This document shows, in pieces, positions 26,969-36,469 of a stretch of DNA of 64,000 nt; within the stretch, counting starts at the first letter, position 1; each line of letters begins with the position of its first letter. The translations under genes were made by a program, and so were the position numbers. A model generated the notes under the pieces. It was not told where the DNA came from and ran no database searches. It saw only the letters and a program-made list of their open reading frames with translations. Location of the stretch: positions 1,216,001-1,280,000 of the forward strand of contig OZ241863.1 in assembly GCA_965203055.1 (NCBI GenBank), given 5' to 3'. The DNA is from Spirochaetia bacterium. GTDB lineage: Bacteria; Spirochaetota; Spirochaetia; SZUA-6; Bin103.

Positions 26969-27895
26969 GTGTCGAAACTGTTTGACAATGCCGTCCAGTC
27001 GATCAAACTTGGGCTTGAGGACTATGAAGCGAACGACCCGACGCGGACGCTGTCTGCAATTCGCAACTTCTATGCAGGCCTGCTGCTACTCTCAAAGGAA
27101 GTCCTTGTACGGGCCGTACCCGGTGCCGATGAATGGGATGTTATAGCTGCCAATTATAAGCCCAAGCGCAACAGAGCAGGCGTCATAAAATATGTCCCAC
27201 GAGGCAAGGTCAGTATCGACCTGAATGGTATCGGGGAACGCTTTAACGACTTTGGATTGAATATTGACAAAGAGGCGCTGAAAAAGATCGGTAATATTCG
27301 CAATAATGTCGAGCACTACTTCTCGACGGAGAAGAACGATTCCATGCGATTGTTGATCGCCGCAGCGTTCCCCGTTGCCTACGAGTTGTTTCTTCAGGCT
27401 GGTGAAGAACCCCATCAAGTCCTAGGAGACGCGTGGGAGACGATGTTGGAAGAACGTACGATCTACGATAAGGAACAGAACGAGTGTTCTAAGACATTCT
27501 ACAAGATCGACTGGGTATCCGATATCTTGTCCACCGTACACTTGGTTTGCCCGGAGTGCCAGTCCGATTTGGTGGCACAAAAAGACAGCGGAAACACGAA
27601 TAAACAAGAGATTGATGCTGAATGTCGCTCGTGTGAAGTGACGATCAGCGCCGAAAGGTTGATCCAAAATATGGCTATTCATCTGGATAGTGGCGATGGA
27701 ACTTTGCGGACGTGTCCAGAATGTAGCTTAGCTACCTACATCATGAATGACGATGGCAAAGACGAAATCGGATGTGTTTGGTGCGAATGTAAGCTGGGTA
27801 ATTGCAAATCCTGCGACAGTAAACTAACGCCGGATTACGTTGGTGAACGTAACGACCTGTGTTTTTACTGCGAATATAATCTGGAAGGGGACTAA
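26969..27895 (+). CDS. Low-GC HEPN-like protein with C-terminal Zn fingers
   Basis: R-x4-H motif RNNVEH (27299-27316) and six CxxC motifs. RBS GAGGAG before GTG 26969. Visibly AT-richer than its flanks. Confidence 0.7.
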   Translation: MSKLFDNAVQSIKLGLEDYEANDPTRTLSAIRNFYAGLLLLSKEVLVRAVPGADEWDVIAANYKPKRNRAGVIKYVPRGKVSIDLNGIGERFNDFGLNIDKEALKKIGNIRNNVEHYFSTEKNDSMRLLIAAAFPVAYELFLQAGEEPHQVLGDAWETMLEERTIYDKEQNECSKTFYKIDWVSDILSTVHLVCPECQSDLVAQKDSGNTNKQEIDAECRSCEVTISAERLIQNMAIHLDSGDGTLRTCPECSLATYIMNDDGKDEIGCVWCECKLGNCKSCDSKLTPDYVGERNDLCFYCEYNLEGD

Positions 27896-27969
27896 TTCTG
27901 ACCTCGTCAAGGAATGAACGGATTCCTGCGGTAAAGGCTAACGTCCTGCGGTTCGCGCCCGGCGCACGG

Positions 27970-30756
27970 GTGCGCCACGCCGAGTTCGGCGACGGAGTGG
28001 TGATCGGCGCGGTGCGCGGCGGGTACCTGCGGGTATTCTTCGGCGACGGCGAACGGGAGATCCCGGTCGCGGCCGCCCTGCCATCCGTGCCGCGGGCCGA
28101 GCGCGTGCTGGCGGGAGTGGAGGGGAGCGCGGAGCGCCTGCGGCAGGCGTGGCTGGCGTGCGAGGCGCATGCGCTGCCGCTGGCGGAGAACGCCGCGGCG
28201 TTGACCGCGGCGCCGATCGACCTGCTCCCGCACCAGATCGTCCTGACCCACCGGATCGCGACCGCCTCGCCGCGGCGTTACCTGATCGCCGACGAAGTGG
28301 GGCTGGGCAAGACCATCGAGGTGGCGCTGCTGCTGCGCGAGCTGGCCAGCCGCGGCGAGCTGCGCCGCGCCTTGATGGTGGTGCCGGCCGGACTGGTCAA
28401 TAACTGGCACCGGGAACTCAACGAGGTCTTCAACCTGCAGTTCGAGGTGTTCGGCAGCGAGGGCGACGTCACCGACCGCAAGTCGAACGCGTTCGCCAGG
28501 CACGACCGGCTCATCGCCAGCATCGATACCCTGAAGCGGCGCGCCCGGGTGCGGCGCCTGCTCGCTGCGCCGCGCTGGGACCTAGTGGTGTTCGACGAAG
28601 CGCACCACCTGACGGCGCAGCGCTCCGGCCGCACGGTGCGCAAGACCGCGAACTACAAGCTGGCCGAGGCGTTGAAGAACCACGCCCGCGATCTGATCCT
28701 GCTGTCCGCCACGCCGCATCAGGGCGACCACTTCCGCTTCTGGATGCTGGTGCAGCTCCTCAACCCGACGTTGTTCGCCGGCCCCGGCGAGATGGTGGCG
28801 CAGCGCCATCGCCTCAATACGGTCGTGCTGCGCCGCACCAAGGCCGACGCCTGCCGCCCGGACGGCTCGCCGCTGTTCGCGCGCCGCGGGGTGCACACCG
28901 AATCGTTCACCATGACCGGCGCCGAGCGCTCCTTCTACGGCGCGTTGCGGGAATACCTGGAAGAGGGGTTCGCGCTGGCGCAGCGGCAGGGCAATCAGGG
29001 GCGCGCCCTCGGCTTCGTCATGACCATCTTCCAGAAGATCGCCGCCTCCAGCTTCGCGGCCGTGCGCCGCACGCTGCGCCGCCGCTTGCTGATGCTCACC
29101 CTGCACGAGGCGATCCTCAAGGACCGGGAGCTCGACCTCGACGCCCGCACCGCGCTGCACGACGAAGCGCGCGACCTGATCCATGAGGATCAGCGCATCC
29201 CGCGCGGCGATCCGGTGTCCCGCGGCCGCGCGGACGCCGTGCTGGCCGACCTCAAGGTGCGCCTGCTCAAGCGCCTGGACGAGGAGGAGCTGGCCCGCGC
29301 GTCCGACGCCGGCGCGGGCGAGGAGAGCGCCGCGGCCGGCGAGGACGCCGCCGCCATGGCGGTCAACCTGGCGCTGCCGGAGGAACGCCTGCGCATCCGC
29401 GACCTGCTGGCGCGCTTTCCGGAGACGCGCGAAACCAAGGTCGCCAAGCTGTTGCGCGGCCTGGGCGCGCTGTGGGAGCAGAATCCGCGCGAGAAGGTGG
29501 TGATCTTCGCCACCTATCTCGGCACGGTCGAGCTGCTCGGCGCCGAGATCGAGCGCGCCTGTCCCGGCCAGGGCGTGGTGGTGCTGCGGGGCGGGGACCA
29601 CGGCGCCAAGCTGGCCGCCGAACGCCGCTTCCGCCGCGCCGACGGGCCGCGCGCGCTGGTCTGCACCGCCGCCGGGCGCGAAGGCATCAACCTGCAGGTG
29701 GCGCGCGTGCTGTTCAACTTCGATCTGCCGTGGAATCCGATGGACGTCGAGCAGCGCATCGGGCGCATCCATCGCTATGGCCAGCAGCACACGGCGCAGG
29801 TCTACAACCTGGTGCTGTCGGACACCATCGAGGGCCGCATCTTCCTGCTGCTCAAGGACAAGTTGGAGGAGATCGCGCGCACGCTTGGCAAGCTCGACGA
29901 GCAGGGCAACGTCGCCGAGGACCTGCGCACGCAGATTCTGGGGCAGCTCGCCGAGCGGCTCACCTACGACGCCCTCTACCGGGAGGCGCTCTCCGACCCG
30001 GAGCTGCGGCGCACCCGGCAGGAACTGGACGCCGCCATGGCCAACGCCAGCGAAGCGCGCAAGGTGGTGTTCGAGCTGTTCCAGGACCTGGACCGGTTCT
30101 CCCTCGACGACTACCGCCCGTTCGCCAACGTGGACGCCGGGTTCGACCGCATCGTTCGCTTCCTCGGCGCCGCGCTGGCGGAACAGGGCCAGTCGCTGCG
30201 GCGGCTCGACGGAACCACGTTCGCACTCGTCTCGGGGGAGGTCACCGAGGAGGCGCGGTTCACGACCGATCGGGAGCAGGCCCGCGCGCAGGAAGATCTG
30301 GAACTGATCGGCCTCGACCATCCGCTGCTGGTGGCCGCGCTGCGCCGCTGGCAGCGCCTGGAGCCGGAGCAACTCGGCGCCGCGGTGGCCGGCGGCGTGG
30401 AAGCCGGCGGCGCGGCGGGCGGGAACGGCGCGGCGGTCGTCTCGTGGTGGTCGATCCGCATCGACGGCGGGGACGGCGAGCGCCGCTCGCTGGTGCAGCC
30501 GCTGGCCGTCGCCGCCGACGGCCGGCGCCTCCCGCAGTTGGAACGCGAAGGCGCCGGCCTGTTCCGGCGCGCCCCCGGCCCGCCGGCCTTGGCGCCGGCG
30601 CAGCGGCGCGCGCTGTTGCGCGACGCCCTGGAGCCGATGATCCGGCGCGAGCTGGACCAGCGCGGCCTGGTCACCGCCGCCGGCGGCTACACCGCCAAGC
30701 TGGTCGGCTGGATCGAACTTGCCGGCAACGGCGCGGCGGGACAGGGGCCAGGTTAA
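27970..30756 (+). CDS. SNF2/SWI2-family helicase
   Basis: LLPHQ, ADEVGLGKT, FDEAHH, SATP, REGINLQ and PWNPMDVEQRIGRIHR. Confidence 0.93.
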   Translation: MRHAEFGDGVVIGAVRGGYLRVFFGDGEREIPVAAALPSVPRAERVLAGVEGSAERLRQAWLACEAHALPLAENAAALTAAPIDLLPHQIVLTHRIATASPRRYLIADEVGLGKTIEVALLLRELASRGELRRALMVVPAGLVNNWHRELNEVFNLQFEVFGSEGDVTDRKSNAFARHDRLIASIDTLKRRARVRRLLAAPRWDLVVFDEAHHLTAQRSGRTVRKTANYKLAEALKNHARDLILLSATPHQGDHFRFWMLVQLLNPTLFAGPGEMVAQRHRLNTVVLRRTKADACRPDGSPLFARRGVHTESFTMTGAERSFYGALREYLEEGFALAQRQGNQGRALGFVMTIFQKIAASSFAAVRRTLRRRLLMLTLHEAILKDRELDLDARTALHDEARDLIHEDQRIPRGDPVSRGRADAVLADLKVRLLKRLDEEELARASDAGAGEESAAAGEDAAAMAVNLALPEERLRIRDLLARFPETRETKVAKLLRGLGALWEQNPREKVVIFATYLGTVELLGAEIERACPGQGVVVLRGGDHGAKLAAERRFRRADGPRALVCTAAGREGINLQVARVLFNFDLPWNPMDVEQRIGRIHRYGQQHTAQVYNLVLSDTIEGRIFLLLKDKLEEIARTLGKLDEQGNVAEDLRTQILGQLAERLTYDALYREALSDPELRRTRQELDAAMANASEARKVVFELFQDLDRFSLDDYRPFANVDAGFDRIVRFLGAALAEQGQSLRRLDGTTFALVSGEVTEEARFTTDREQARAQEDLELIGLDHPLLVAALRRWQRLEPEQLGAAVAGGVEAGGAAGGNGAAVVSWWSIRIDGGDGERRSLVQPLAVAADGRRLPQLEREGAGLFRRAPGPPALAPAQRRALLRDALEPMIRRELDQRGLVTAAGGYTAKLVGWIELAGNGAAGQGPG

Positions 30757-30785
30757 GGTATGCTGCCGTCCATGCGGGAGGCTCC

Positions 30786-32861
30786 ATGAGCACGCCGCGC
30801 ATACGGTTTTCCGCCGACATCCTGCGCCGACTGGGCGAGGAGCTGAATCCCCACTTGGACAAGGGGATCGTGGAGCTGGTCAAGAACTCCTACGACGCGG
30901 ACGCGACCTGGTGCCGCATCGAGATGCGCGGAACCGACCGCGCCGGCGGCACCATCATCGTTACCGATAACGGCGACGGCATGACGCCGTTCGAGATCGA
31001 ACAGGGGTGGCTGGTGCTGGGAAGTTCCACCAAGAACGCAGCGCGACGTACGCGGTTGGGGCGCATTCCGGCCGGCAGCAAGGGGTTGGGGCGGCTGGCG
31101 GCCCTGCGCATGGGAACGCGCGCGCTGCTGACCGCCAGACCGCGGACCCATCCTGCGGACGAGTACCGGCTACCGATCGACTGGCGCGCGTTCGAGGCCA
31201 CGGAGCTGGTCGATGACGTAGCGCTGAATATCGACCATGCCGTGAGGTCACCGGACGCCGGCCCCGGCACCGAGATCAGGATCCAGGGATTGCGCAAGCG
31301 GATACAGCGCATGGAGGTCAAGCGTCTGGCGCGCGAACTGATCCTGCTTGCCGATCCGTTCGGCGGCGATCCCGCCGGGTTCGCGCCCACGCTGATCGCG
31401 CCCGACTTCGAAGACTTGGCCCGGCTGGTGCGGAATCGATACTTCGACGATGCCGAGTACCATCTGGCCGCCGGCGTCGACGCGAGCGGCCGCGCGACCG
31501 CGGCGGTGGTCGACTGGAGGGGCCGGCGCCTGTTCAGCGCGGGCCATGACGAGATCGCCGCGGCCGGCGCAGGCCGGCCCTACCACTGTCCCGCGGTCCG
31601 CTTCGACCTTTGGGTCTTCATTCTGAATCGCGCCACCTTCTCCACGAGAACCAGCACCCTGCAGGAAGTACGTCACTGGTTGGGTGAGTTCGGCGGCGTG
31701 CACGTCTATCACAATGGGCTGCGGGTGATGCCGTACGGCAACCCCGGCAACGACTGGTTGGAGATGAACCTGCGGCGCGTGCGCAGTCCGGAGGAACGGC
31801 CGGGAACGAATACCTCCATCGGCCGCGTCGTGGTGACCGATACCGATGCCCGGCTCGTCCAGAAGACCGACCGTTCCGGGTACGTCGAGGAGGAAGCGTT
31901 TACCGATCTGGTGCGATTCGCCCAGGACGCCCTGGATTGGATGGCCAACCGGCGGATGGAGGCAGCGGAGCGGCGCCGCGCCAAGGTGCGTGGCTTCGTC
32001 TCGACCAGGTCACGCGCGGCGCACCGAGCGTTGCGAACTGCCATCGACCAGGTTCCGCCCTCGGATCGCGAGCCCCTGGAGGCCGCGTTCGAGCAGTATG
32101 ATCGGTTGCGAAACCAGGAAGCGGAAACCCTGCGCAAGGAGGTGCAGTTGTATCGGACGTTGAGTACGGCGGGCATCACCGCAGCGACCTTTGCGCACGA
32201 GTCGAGCGGCAATCCGATCAAGGTGATAGGGCAGTCGGTCGAGGCGCTCGCGCGCCGCGCCAGCAAGATGCTGGGCGACCGGTACGAGTCAGAGTTGGGG
32301 CGGCCGGTGACCGGCATTCGACGCGCCGTGAGCAGCCTTTCGGTTCTGGGAAACGCTACGCTGAAGCTGCTCGACCACGACAAACGGCGGTTGTCGAGAG
32401 TCGATCTGCATGACGTCCTACGTGAGGTCGTCGGCACGTTCCGACCGTTTCTCGATGGAAGAAACGTGGCGACCGCGGTGTGTATGTGTTCAGGTAACCC
32501 ATATGTCCGCGGCAGCCGGGCAGCGATCGAATCGATCGTCACCAATCTGCTCAACAACAGCCTCAGCGCGTTCGAAAGCGCCGGTACGATGGGGCGAAGG
32601 ATCGAGCTTGCCACCTCGGTCGAAGATGGCCGCTGGCGGCTGGCAGTGTCCGACAACGGTCCGGGGATCACCGACATCAGTACGCGCGACATCTGGCTGC
32701 CCGGCCGCACCACCCGCAGGAACGGCACCGGACTGGGACTGACGATCGTGCGGGATGCGGTCCGGGACCTCGACGGCGACGTCGATGCCCGCGAGCACGG
32801 CGGCCTGGGCGGCGCCGAGATCATCGTAGAGATACCGATTCTGGAGGGCTTAGGTGAATAA
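30786..32861 (+). CDS. Second MORC-like GHKL ATPase / histidine kinase fusion (HK2)
   Basis: ELVKNSYDA, DNGDGM and GSKGLGRLA; H-box FAHES; NLLNNS, DNGPGI and GTGLGL. RBS GGGAGG before ATG 30786. Confidence 0.87.
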   Translation: MSTPRIRFSADILRRLGEELNPHLDKGIVELVKNSYDADATWCRIEMRGTDRAGGTIIVTDNGDGMTPFEIEQGWLVLGSSTKNAARRTRLGRIPAGSKGLGRLAALRMGTRALLTARPRTHPADEYRLPIDWRAFEATELVDDVALNIDHAVRSPDAGPGTEIRIQGLRKRIQRMEVKRLARELILLADPFGGDPAGFAPTLIAPDFEDLARLVRNRYFDDAEYHLAAGVDASGRATAAVVDWRGRRLFSAGHDEIAAAGAGRPYHCPAVRFDLWVFILNRATFSTRTSTLQEVRHWLGEFGGVHVYHNGLRVMPYGNPGNDWLEMNLRRVRSPEERPGTNTSIGRVVVTDTDARLVQKTDRSGYVEEEAFTDLVRFAQDALDWMANRRMEAAERRRAKVRGFVSTRSRAAHRALRTAIDQVPPSDREPLEAAFEQYDRLRNQEAETLRKEVQLYRTLSTAGITAATFAHESSGNPIKVIGQSVEALARRASKMLGDRYESELGRPVTGIRRAVSSLSVLGNATLKLLDHDKRRLSRVDLHDVLREVVGTFRPFLDGRNVATAVCMCSGNPYVRGSRAAIESIVTNLLNNSLSAFESAGTMGRRIELATSVEDGRWRLAVSDNGPGITDISTRDIWLPGRTTRRNGTGLGLTIVRDAVRDLDGDVDAREHGGLGGAEIIVEIPILEGLGE

Positions 32862-33516
32862 TTCGAGCAGCAGTGCGATCGAGAGCATTCTGGTCGTCGA
32901 TGATGACGCCGAGACAAGAGAAGGACTCTGCTATTCGATTGAGGAATTGGAGATCACTCCGGTTCTGGAGGAGGGACCGATCAAGAACTTGGAGCAGTTC
33001 GTCAAACAAGTGCCGCGCCGAGCGCAGGCAGTACTGTGTGATTATCGACTGAAGACCTCCGGTACCTACTCCTCGTACGGCGGGGATGAGGTGGTTGCCG
33101 CGTGCTATCGGAGCGGCATTCCGGGTCTGCTGTGCACGCAGTACACCGACGTGGTCTTCGAAATGAATCGGCGTCTGCGCCGGTTCATTCCGTCTCTCCT
33201 CAACACGAGTTCGCCAAATCCTGACGACATTCTCGCATCACTAAGCGCCTGCCAGGAGGAACTCGCCGGTTCGATTCATCCAGCTCGGGAACCATGGCGC
33301 ACCCTGGTCCGGGTGCACGCCGGACCGACGGACGCGGGTTACTGTCACGTCATCGTGCCTGCCTGGAATGCCAACCAGGCGATCCGTCTCTATCTTGAGG
33401 ACCTTCCCGACATGATACGACCACGTATGACAACGGGTGCGCGATTGCACGCCAAGGTCAATATCGGCGCCGACAGTTTCGAAGAGGTGTACTTCGATGA
33501 GTGGGAGCCGGAATGA
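32854..33516 (+). CDS. Receiver-domain protein with a small C-terminal domain (RR2)
   Basis: ILVVDDD, VLCDY and LLCT; overlaps the HK2 stop. Confidence 0.78.
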   Translation: MNNSSSSAIESILVVDDDAETREGLCYSIEELEITPVLEEGPIKNLEQFVKQVPRRAQAVLCDYRLKTSGTYSSYGGDEVVAACYRSGIPGLLCTQYTDVVFEMNRRLRRFIPSLLNTSSPNPDDILASLSACQEELAGSIHPAREPWRTLVRVHAGPTDAGYCHVIVPAWNANQAIRLYLEDLPDMIRPRMTTGARLHAKVNIGADSFEEVYFDEWEPE

Positions 33517-34001
33517 ACGATTGCGCCGGGCGCCTGCGGGAGACGCTGGCCGTGCTGGACGTCGGACACGGCTCCAGCGCCGTCCTCTTTTCCGGGGACG
33601 ACGTGGCGGTCTTCGATACGGGACCCGGCTCCGGGCTGCTCCGTTTTCTCAAAGAGCAGAACGTCAATCGTATCAAGACCGTCTTCGTTTCGCATGCGGA
33701 CGTCGATCACATCGGTGGTTTGGTCGGTCTGCTGGCCGCGAACACCGTCACGGTCGAACGGGTCGTCTTCAACACCGACAGCTCGCAAAGATCCGCTAAG
33801 TGGGACGATCTGACTCACGAACTCGATGCTCGGCATCGGGCCGGAAAGACCAAGGTCAAAACCACGATCTGCGAAGGTGACAGCGAAGTATTCGGGATGG
33901 TGACCGCAACCGCGGCCGGCCCGAGCCAGATTACGCCAGCGTCTGCCGGTCACTTGGCGTTCATCGACCGCGCGGCTGAGTCACCGCTATGCAGGGTATG
34001 A
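33513..34001 (+). CDS. MBL-fold hydrolase (ComEC/Rec2-like), probably 3'-truncated
   Basis: LDVGHG, FDTG and SHADVDHIGG; only ~162 aa, without the later conserved motifs; ATGA-coupled to RR2. Confidence 0.7.
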   Translation: MNDCAGRLRETLAVLDVGHGSSAVLFSGDDVAVFDTGPGSGLLRFLKEQNVNRIKTVFVSHADVDHIGGLVGLLAANTVTVERVVFNTDSSQRSAKWDDLTHELDARHRAGKTKVKTTICEGDSEVFGMVTATAAGPSQITPASAGHLAFIDRAAESPLCRV

Positions 34002-34687
34002 AGGCGTCTGCGATGGAGGCGGTTTTCGCGGCGGCCGCGCGGCTGCAGGAGCTGGTGCCGGATGCCGTGTTGGTCGGCGGTACCGCGGCGGTCCACCACG
34101 CCGGCCACCGCGTGTCACTAGACCACGATCATGTCGTAGCCGACTTGCGCGGGCGGTTCGATGACGTGCTCGCCGCTCTGGAGGAGACCAGTGGCTGGGT
34201 CACCGCGCGCATGCGGCGGCCCGTACTGATTCTGGGAAAGCTGGATGGGGTCGAGACCGGGGTTCGGAATCTGATCCGCCGGATGCCGCTGGAGGTGGAA
34301 CTGGTCGTCGTCGGAAACCGCCGCCTGCGGGTGCCGACGCTGGCTGAGATTACGCGCATCAAGGCATGGCTGTGTCTGATTCGCAATGCCACGCGCGACT
34401 ACCTCGACTTCGTCGCGTTGGCGGACCGGCTCGGAGCAGGGGAGGCCGCCGCGGTGGTCGGGGGCATGGATCGCTATTACGCCGATCAGCTCGGCGCCGG
34501 CGGCCGGCGGGTCGCCGCGCAGGTGGCGCGGCAGTTGGCGGAGCCGCGGCCCGACGACCTCGGTGAGATCGATCTGCTCTCCTATCGGGGGCTCGATCGG
34601 CGCTGGCGCGACTGGCAGGCGGTGATTGATGGGTGCCGGCGGGTTGCCGTGCGCGTCCTCGACGCATTGGCGGAGGAAGGGGAGTGA
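33998..34687 (+). CDS. AbiEii/AbiGii-like nucleotidyltransferase
   Basis: VLVGGTA..H..HRVSLDHD, RIKAW..L.RNATRDYLD. Confidence 0.8.
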   Translation: MKASAMEAVFAAAARLQELVPDAVLVGGTAAVHHAGHRVSLDHDHVVADLRGRFDDVLAALEETSGWVTARMRRPVLILGKLDGVETGVRNLIRRMPLEVELVVVGNRRLRVPTLAEITRIKAWLCLIRNATRDYLDFVALADRLGAGEAAAVVGGMDRYYADQLGAGGRRVAAQVARQLAEPRPDDLGEIDLLSYRGLDRRWRDWQAVIDGCRRVAVRVLDALAEEGE

Positions 34688-34953
34688 TCCATCGACACCT
34701 GGAGACGGCAGACACAGCGCCGCCGGAGCGGCAACCGCTGGCCGCTGTCGTCGATCTCCTGCAGCGCGGTGACCTGGATGACTGGCGGCCCATCGCCCGG
34801 GCGGTCAAGCGCGACCCGCATGGGCAGTTCGCGGATCGGGTGCTGCGCCTGCTCGATGCCTACCCGATCTATGGGACCTCGGCGCTGTGGCGCGCCTGGA
34901 TCGACCACTGCCGCCAAGCTGGTCGGCCGCGCCGCGCCGGCGCGGTAGAGTGA
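34684..34953 (+). CDS. Small putative antitoxin-like partner of the nucleotidyltransferase
   Basis: GTGA overlap, GGAGGAAGG upstream, and LQRGDLDDWR.IA motif. Confidence 0.6.
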   Translation: MIHRHLETADTAPPERQPLAAVVDLLQRGDLDDWRPIARAVKRDPHGQFADRVLRLLDAYPIYGTSALWRAWIDHCRQAGRPRRAGAVE

Positions 34954-35004
34954 GCGGCGTGCGCGGGGGTCAGGCCACTGACCGGCGCGCGCGGAGGAGG
35001 GGAG

Positions 35005-36285
35005 ATGCCGCAACTGCACCGTATAGTGCTGGCCGGCTGCGGCGGCATGGGGCGCCGCCACCTGCGCAGTTACCGGGTGCTCGGCGAGGCCGAGCCGGGG
35101 CGCGCGGAGCTGGCCGCAGTGGTCGATCCCGAGCTGGAACGCGCCGAGTTCGTCGCCGCCGAGGCGGAACGACTGCTGGGGCGCCGGCCGGCGCCGTTCG
35201 GTTCTCTGGAAGAAGCGGCCGCGGCGGTGCCGGAGCTGGACGTGGCGGACATCGTGGCCGCCCCGTCGGCGCATCACCGCCTCACGCAGGCGGCCGCGGC
35301 GGCGGGCATGCACGTGCTGTGCGAGAAGCCGATGGCGCCCACGGTGGCCGCCTGCCGCGCCATGCAGCGCGCCGCCGCGCAGGCCGGGCGCGTGCTGTCG
35401 ATCGCCGAGAACTACCGCCGCGACCCGCTCAGCCGGCTGGCGCGCGCCCTGGTCGCCGGCGGCGCGATCGGCGAGCTGCGTTCGCTGCTGGACCTCTCCG
35501 GCAGCGGCGGCAACCGGGGCCACGCCGGAGCGTGGCGCTACCTGCGCGCCGAAGGCGGCCCCATCCTCGAAGCCGGCGTGCACAACGCCGACCTGCAGCA
35601 GTACCTGGCCGGGCCGGCCATCCGGGTGAGCGCGCAGGTGCGCCTGCACGAGGCGCGGCGGGTCTACCGCGGCGTCCCGCTCAAGGCGTTCCACGACCAT
35701 TACGCCCACCGCAACCCGGCGGTGGCCCCGGCCGACGCGCCCGACCTGCTGCTGGCTGCCGTCGAACATGCCGGCGGCGCGCTGGGCCAATGGCGCTACG
35801 ACCACTCGGTGCACGGCCCCGGCCTGAGCCGCTTCACCCTGTTCGGCAGCGAGGGGCAGATCGACCTGCCGGGGGTGCGCAACGGCCGCCCGCTGCAGGT
35901 GTTCCGCGACGACCACGCCGGCGCGCTCTCCGACGCCGCGGTGCTGGCGCTGGTGCCCGACTTCGCGCTGGACGAGCGCACCGCGCGCCTGTTCGGCGGC
36001 GCGCGGCTGGCGCGCTACGCCAACGCCGGCCCCGGCCTGGGCGGCGGCGCGGACCTGAAGCTGCTGGCGCTGGAGCTGGCCGAGCTGCTGGACGCCGCCG
36101 ACGGCGGGCCGCCGGTGGAGGTGGGCCCGGAAGTGGGCCTGGCCGCGGCCGCGCTGGTGCTCGCCTGCCACGAGTCGTCCGCCGCCGGCCGCCCGGTCAC
36201 GCTCGCGGAGGTGATCGACGGCACCCTGGACGCCTACCAGCGCCCCGCGAACGAGGCGTTGCGCACGGTGCCGCCGCCGCCGTGA
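35005..36285 (+). CDS. Gfo/Idh/MocA family oxidoreductase
   Basis: GCGGMG, HVLCEKPMA, AENYR and GVHNADL. Confidence 0.9.
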   Translation: MPQLHRIVLAGCGGMGRRHLRSYRVLGEAEPGRAELAAVVDPELERAEFVAAEAERLLGRRPAPFGSLEEAAAAVPELDVADIVAAPSAHHRLTQAAAAAGMHVLCEKPMAPTVAACRAMQRAAAQAGRVLSIAENYRRDPLSRLARALVAGGAIGELRSLLDLSGSGGNRGHAGAWRYLRAEGGPILEAGVHNADLQQYLAGPAIRVSAQVRLHEARRVYRGVPLKAFHDHYAHRNPAVAPADAPDLLLAAVEHAGGALGQWRYDHSVHGPGLSRFTLFGSEGQIDLPGVRNGRPLQVFRDDHAGALSDAAVLALVPDFALDERTARLFGGARLARYANAGPGLGGGADLKLLALELAELLDAADGGPPVEVGPEVGLAAAALVLACHESSAAGRPVTLAEVIDGTLDAYQRPANEALRTVPPPP

Positions 36286-36434
36286 ACTCCCGCGCCGCCC
36301 GCCTCCTGCCCGCCGCGGACCCTGCCGCTCGACCCCGGCGACATTCTCGGCAGTAGCATCTGACGGAACGTCCAGCCGTTTGGAAACGCGCCGCCGAGTC
36401 ACGCCCGCAGGTGGCATATTCCGGGCCGGATAAC

Positions 36435-36463
36435 TTGACTCAAGTAGTTTCCATGATTATACT
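36435..36463 (+). promoter_or_regulatory. Sigma70-type promoter of the HNH gene, probably leaderless
   Basis: TTGACT-N17-TATACT with the ATG 6 nt downstream and no RBS. Confidence 0.7.
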
Positions 36464-36469
36464 TATGTC

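Noticed and set aside
26925..27940. GGCTA 5-bp repeat flanking the HEPN-like gene as a target duplication
   Set aside because: Too short to be significant, and joining the copies creates a stop rather than restoring the helicase frame.
29472..30785. Long N-terminal extension of HK2 in the ORF track
   Set aside because: It overlaps the SNF2 gene in another frame and is Arg/Gly-rich nonsense. The real start is ATG 30786 with an RBS.
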